From: Anaeramoeba ignava BMAN
Lineage: Eukaryota; Protista; Anaeramoebae
Assembly: GCA_028826165.1 (NCBI GenBank)
Contig: JAPDFW010000140.1
Span: 1-64,000, forward strand
DNA length: 64,000 nucleotides
Direction of reading: 5' to 3'
Position numbers and translations under genes: made by a program. Numbering within the stretch: the stretch's first letter is position 1; each line of letters starts with the position of its first letter. The notes beneath the pieces were generated by a model, which was not told where the DNA came from, ran no database searches, and was given only the letters and a program-made list of their open reading frames with translations. Below are positions 61,598-64,000 of this stretch, one piece after another.

Positions 61598-62913
61598 ATG
61601 TGTGATGAAGAAGATTGTGAAGGTTGTCCTTCTTGGATTTTAGATATTCTTTATTGGCTTCCTCCAATTATATTAATTTTACTTGTTGTTTTAACTTATT
61701 ATCCTTTAGTTGAAACTGATAAATTAATTACACAACATCATTATTTAACAGGAACAATTTTAAATATTTTATATCATTTTTTTCTTTTTATGTATTTGAT
61801 TACATTAATATTATCAGTTTTAACAAATCCAGGTGATTCAAGAAAAATAACAAAATCAATTGTACATTTTAATTTTAATTTCAAATATAATTTTAATTTC
61901 AAATATAATTTTAATATTAATTTTAAATATAATTTTAATATTAATTTTAATTTTAATTTTAATTTTAATTTTAATTTTATAATTTTAAAAGGATATTGAA
62001 AATGGAATTATTGGTGAAAAAAGATTTTGTAAAGTTTGTAATATTTATAAGCCAAATAGAGCTCATCATTGTTCTATTTGTAAACGATGTGTTTTAAAAA
62101 TGGATCATCATGTAAATTTTTTAATTTTAATTTTAATTTTAATTTTAATTTTAATTTTAATTTAATTTTAATTTTAATTTTAATTTTAATTTTAATTTTA
62201 ATTTTAAATTTGATTTTAATTTTGATTTTAATTTAAATTTTAATTTTAATTTTAATTTTTAATTTTAATTTTAATTTTTAATTTTGATTTTAATTTTAAT
62301 TTTAATTTTAATTTTAATTTTGATTTTAATTTTTTATCCGATTTTAAATTTTATAATTAGTGTCCTTGGATTTCAAATTGTGTTGGATTTTTCAATTATA
62401 AATATTTTATTTTATTCCTTATTTATTCATTTTTAATTTCAGCAACTGCAGCAACTATTGTTATAATTTCATTTTTCATGCCACAAAATGATGAAATTTC
62501 ACCTTTAGTATAATCTAATTAATTTTAATTTTAATTTTAATTTTAATATTAATTTTAATTTTAATTTTAATTTTAATATTAATTTTAATTTGAATTTTAT
62601 AAATGAATTTTATAAATGAATTTTAATTTAATTTAAATTGTAAAAGATAATTATTGGATCTGTTATTGCTATGATTATAGGATTTTCTTTTGTTATTACT
62701 TTAATTCCTTTTATTGCATATCATTTAGCACTTCTTGCAGAAAATATGACAACAATAGAAGATTCAAAAACAAAAAAAGATAATGAAAAACATATTTGGG
62801 ATTTAGGATTAAAAAATAATCTTAAACAAGTTTTAGGTGAAAATTATCTTTTATGGTTTTTACCAACTTATATTTCTGTTAAAGGAGATGGTTTTAATTT
62901 TGAACATCGTTAA
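61598..62913 (+). CDS. DHHC palmitoyl acyltransferase (ZDHHC2/15/20-like)
   Basis: Exons 61598-61861, 61992-62111, 62361-62507, 62647-62913; [29 protein letters not shown]|[38 protein letters not shown]. Confidence 0.95.
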
Positions 62914-63037
62914 AATAGATTATTTTCCGTTTTTTTTTTTTAAAGAAATTTTAATCAAATAAACTTTTTTTTTTAATTTAAATTTTTTTTTTCATTTTTT
63001 TTTCATTTTTTTTCTTTTTTGTTATTTTTTTTATTAA

Positions 63038-64000
63038 ATGAAAAATCAACTTTTATTTTTTTCTATTTTTATTTTTTTAATTTCTCAAACAATTTTCCAA
63101 AATAAACAAAATAAATTTTCAAATCAAATTTCAAATCAAATTCAAAAAGAATTTATTGTTTCTTTTAATGAATATAAACCTATTGATTATTGGAACTCTT
63201 ACATTTATAAAATTATTAAAAATTTAAAAGGTTGTGAAATTGTAAATCGAAATTCACTAGCAATTCAATATCCAACTGATTTTATACTTATTAGAGTAAA
63301 AAAATTTAATTTTAATTTAATTTTAATTTTAATTTTAATTTTAATTTAAATTTTAATTTTAATTTTAATTTAAAAATGAATTTGGAAATGAATTTGAAAA
63401 TTAAAGATAAATTTAGAAAAAAAAGAAGAAATTTTTCAAAAATTTGAAAAAAATAAACAAATTCGATCAATTTCTGAAAACAAAGAAATCAAACAACAAA
63501 TACAATCAATAACAGAAGAAATTGAAGAAGAAGAAAATGAAGAAGAAAAATTTATTAGTATCAATAAAAGATCTCATACAAAATTTTCATTTGAAGGAGA
63601 TGATTTAGAAGAAGAATTAGAAAATGAAGAAAAAAAAAACGAACGAATAAATCAAAGAAAAATATTGAAGAATAAAAACAACAAGGATGCAGCTTCACTT
63701 TTTAACGCCCCAGAAATCTGGGATCTTGGAGTAACAGGAGCCGGTATTAAAGTAGCTATTTTGGATACTGGATTATCAGAAAAACATCCACATTTTAAAA
63801 ATATTATTGAAATTGTTGATTGGACTAATGAAAAAATTACAAAAGATCAATTGGGTCATGGCACTTTTGTTTCTAGTTTAATCGCAGGTAAAGGTACTGA
63901 TTGTAGAGGTTTGGCTCCTGATGCTGAAATTTATGTTTTTAGAGTTTTTACAAAGAATCATCGTAAATTATTCAAATCAAATTTAAATTAAATTTAAATC
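63038..64000 (+). CDS. MBTPS1: Site-1 protease (subtilisin S8, SKI-1/S1P), 5' part; runs off window
   Basis: Exons 63038-63295 and 63407-63962; signal peptide, EFIVSF..RNSLAIQYPTDF prodomain, RKIL site, VAILDTGLSEKHPHFKNI..WTNE..LGHGTFV. Confidence 0.92.

Noticed and set aside
1-64000. Alternative genetic code, inteins, tRNA/rRNA, telomeric repeats
   Set aside because: ORF breaks are explained by GT-AG introns or indels, and TAA, TAG and TGA all end genes; no Hint motif, cloverleaf, rRNA or G-rich telomere repeat recognised by eye (tRNAscan/Infernal not run)

Overview
Extremely AT-rich, gene-dense eukaryotic DNA in the standard genetic code, with GT-AG introns that are mostly filled by simple tandem repeats. 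The gene families (RCC1-BTB and BTB-TLDc paralogues, cAR-type GPCR) and TCATTT initiator motifs suggest a metamonad protist such as Anaeramoeba; this is an inference. About 19 protein genes were reconstructed by hand-splicing: centriolin-like (frameshifted), ACAT/SOAT, double-SH3 adaptor, SH3-RasGEF, Alba, an unknown conserved protein, PCMT, two RCC1-BTB genes plus a duplicated 3' fragment, BTB-TLDc (frameshifted), RPL29, PC4/KELP-like, AMSH, an FG-GAP/FN3 receptor, a GPCR, a GPI-type beta-propeller, PIWI, a GBP-like protein, a DHHC PAT and site-1 protease. Most notable: (1) a PIWI-clade Argonaute whose slicer tetrad reads D-E-D-S, tail-to-tail with a ~1990-aa GBP-like pseudo-GTPase; (2) four apparently unrelated intergenic satellites with ~143-146 bp units; (3) an RPL29 start codon split by an intron; (4) AMSH lacking its structural Zn site; (5) Trichomonas-type Inr arrays; (6) frequent AAG splice acceptors; (7) an A-to-T flip at synonymous sites along long exons. 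All gene models are manual and need RNA-seq confirmation.
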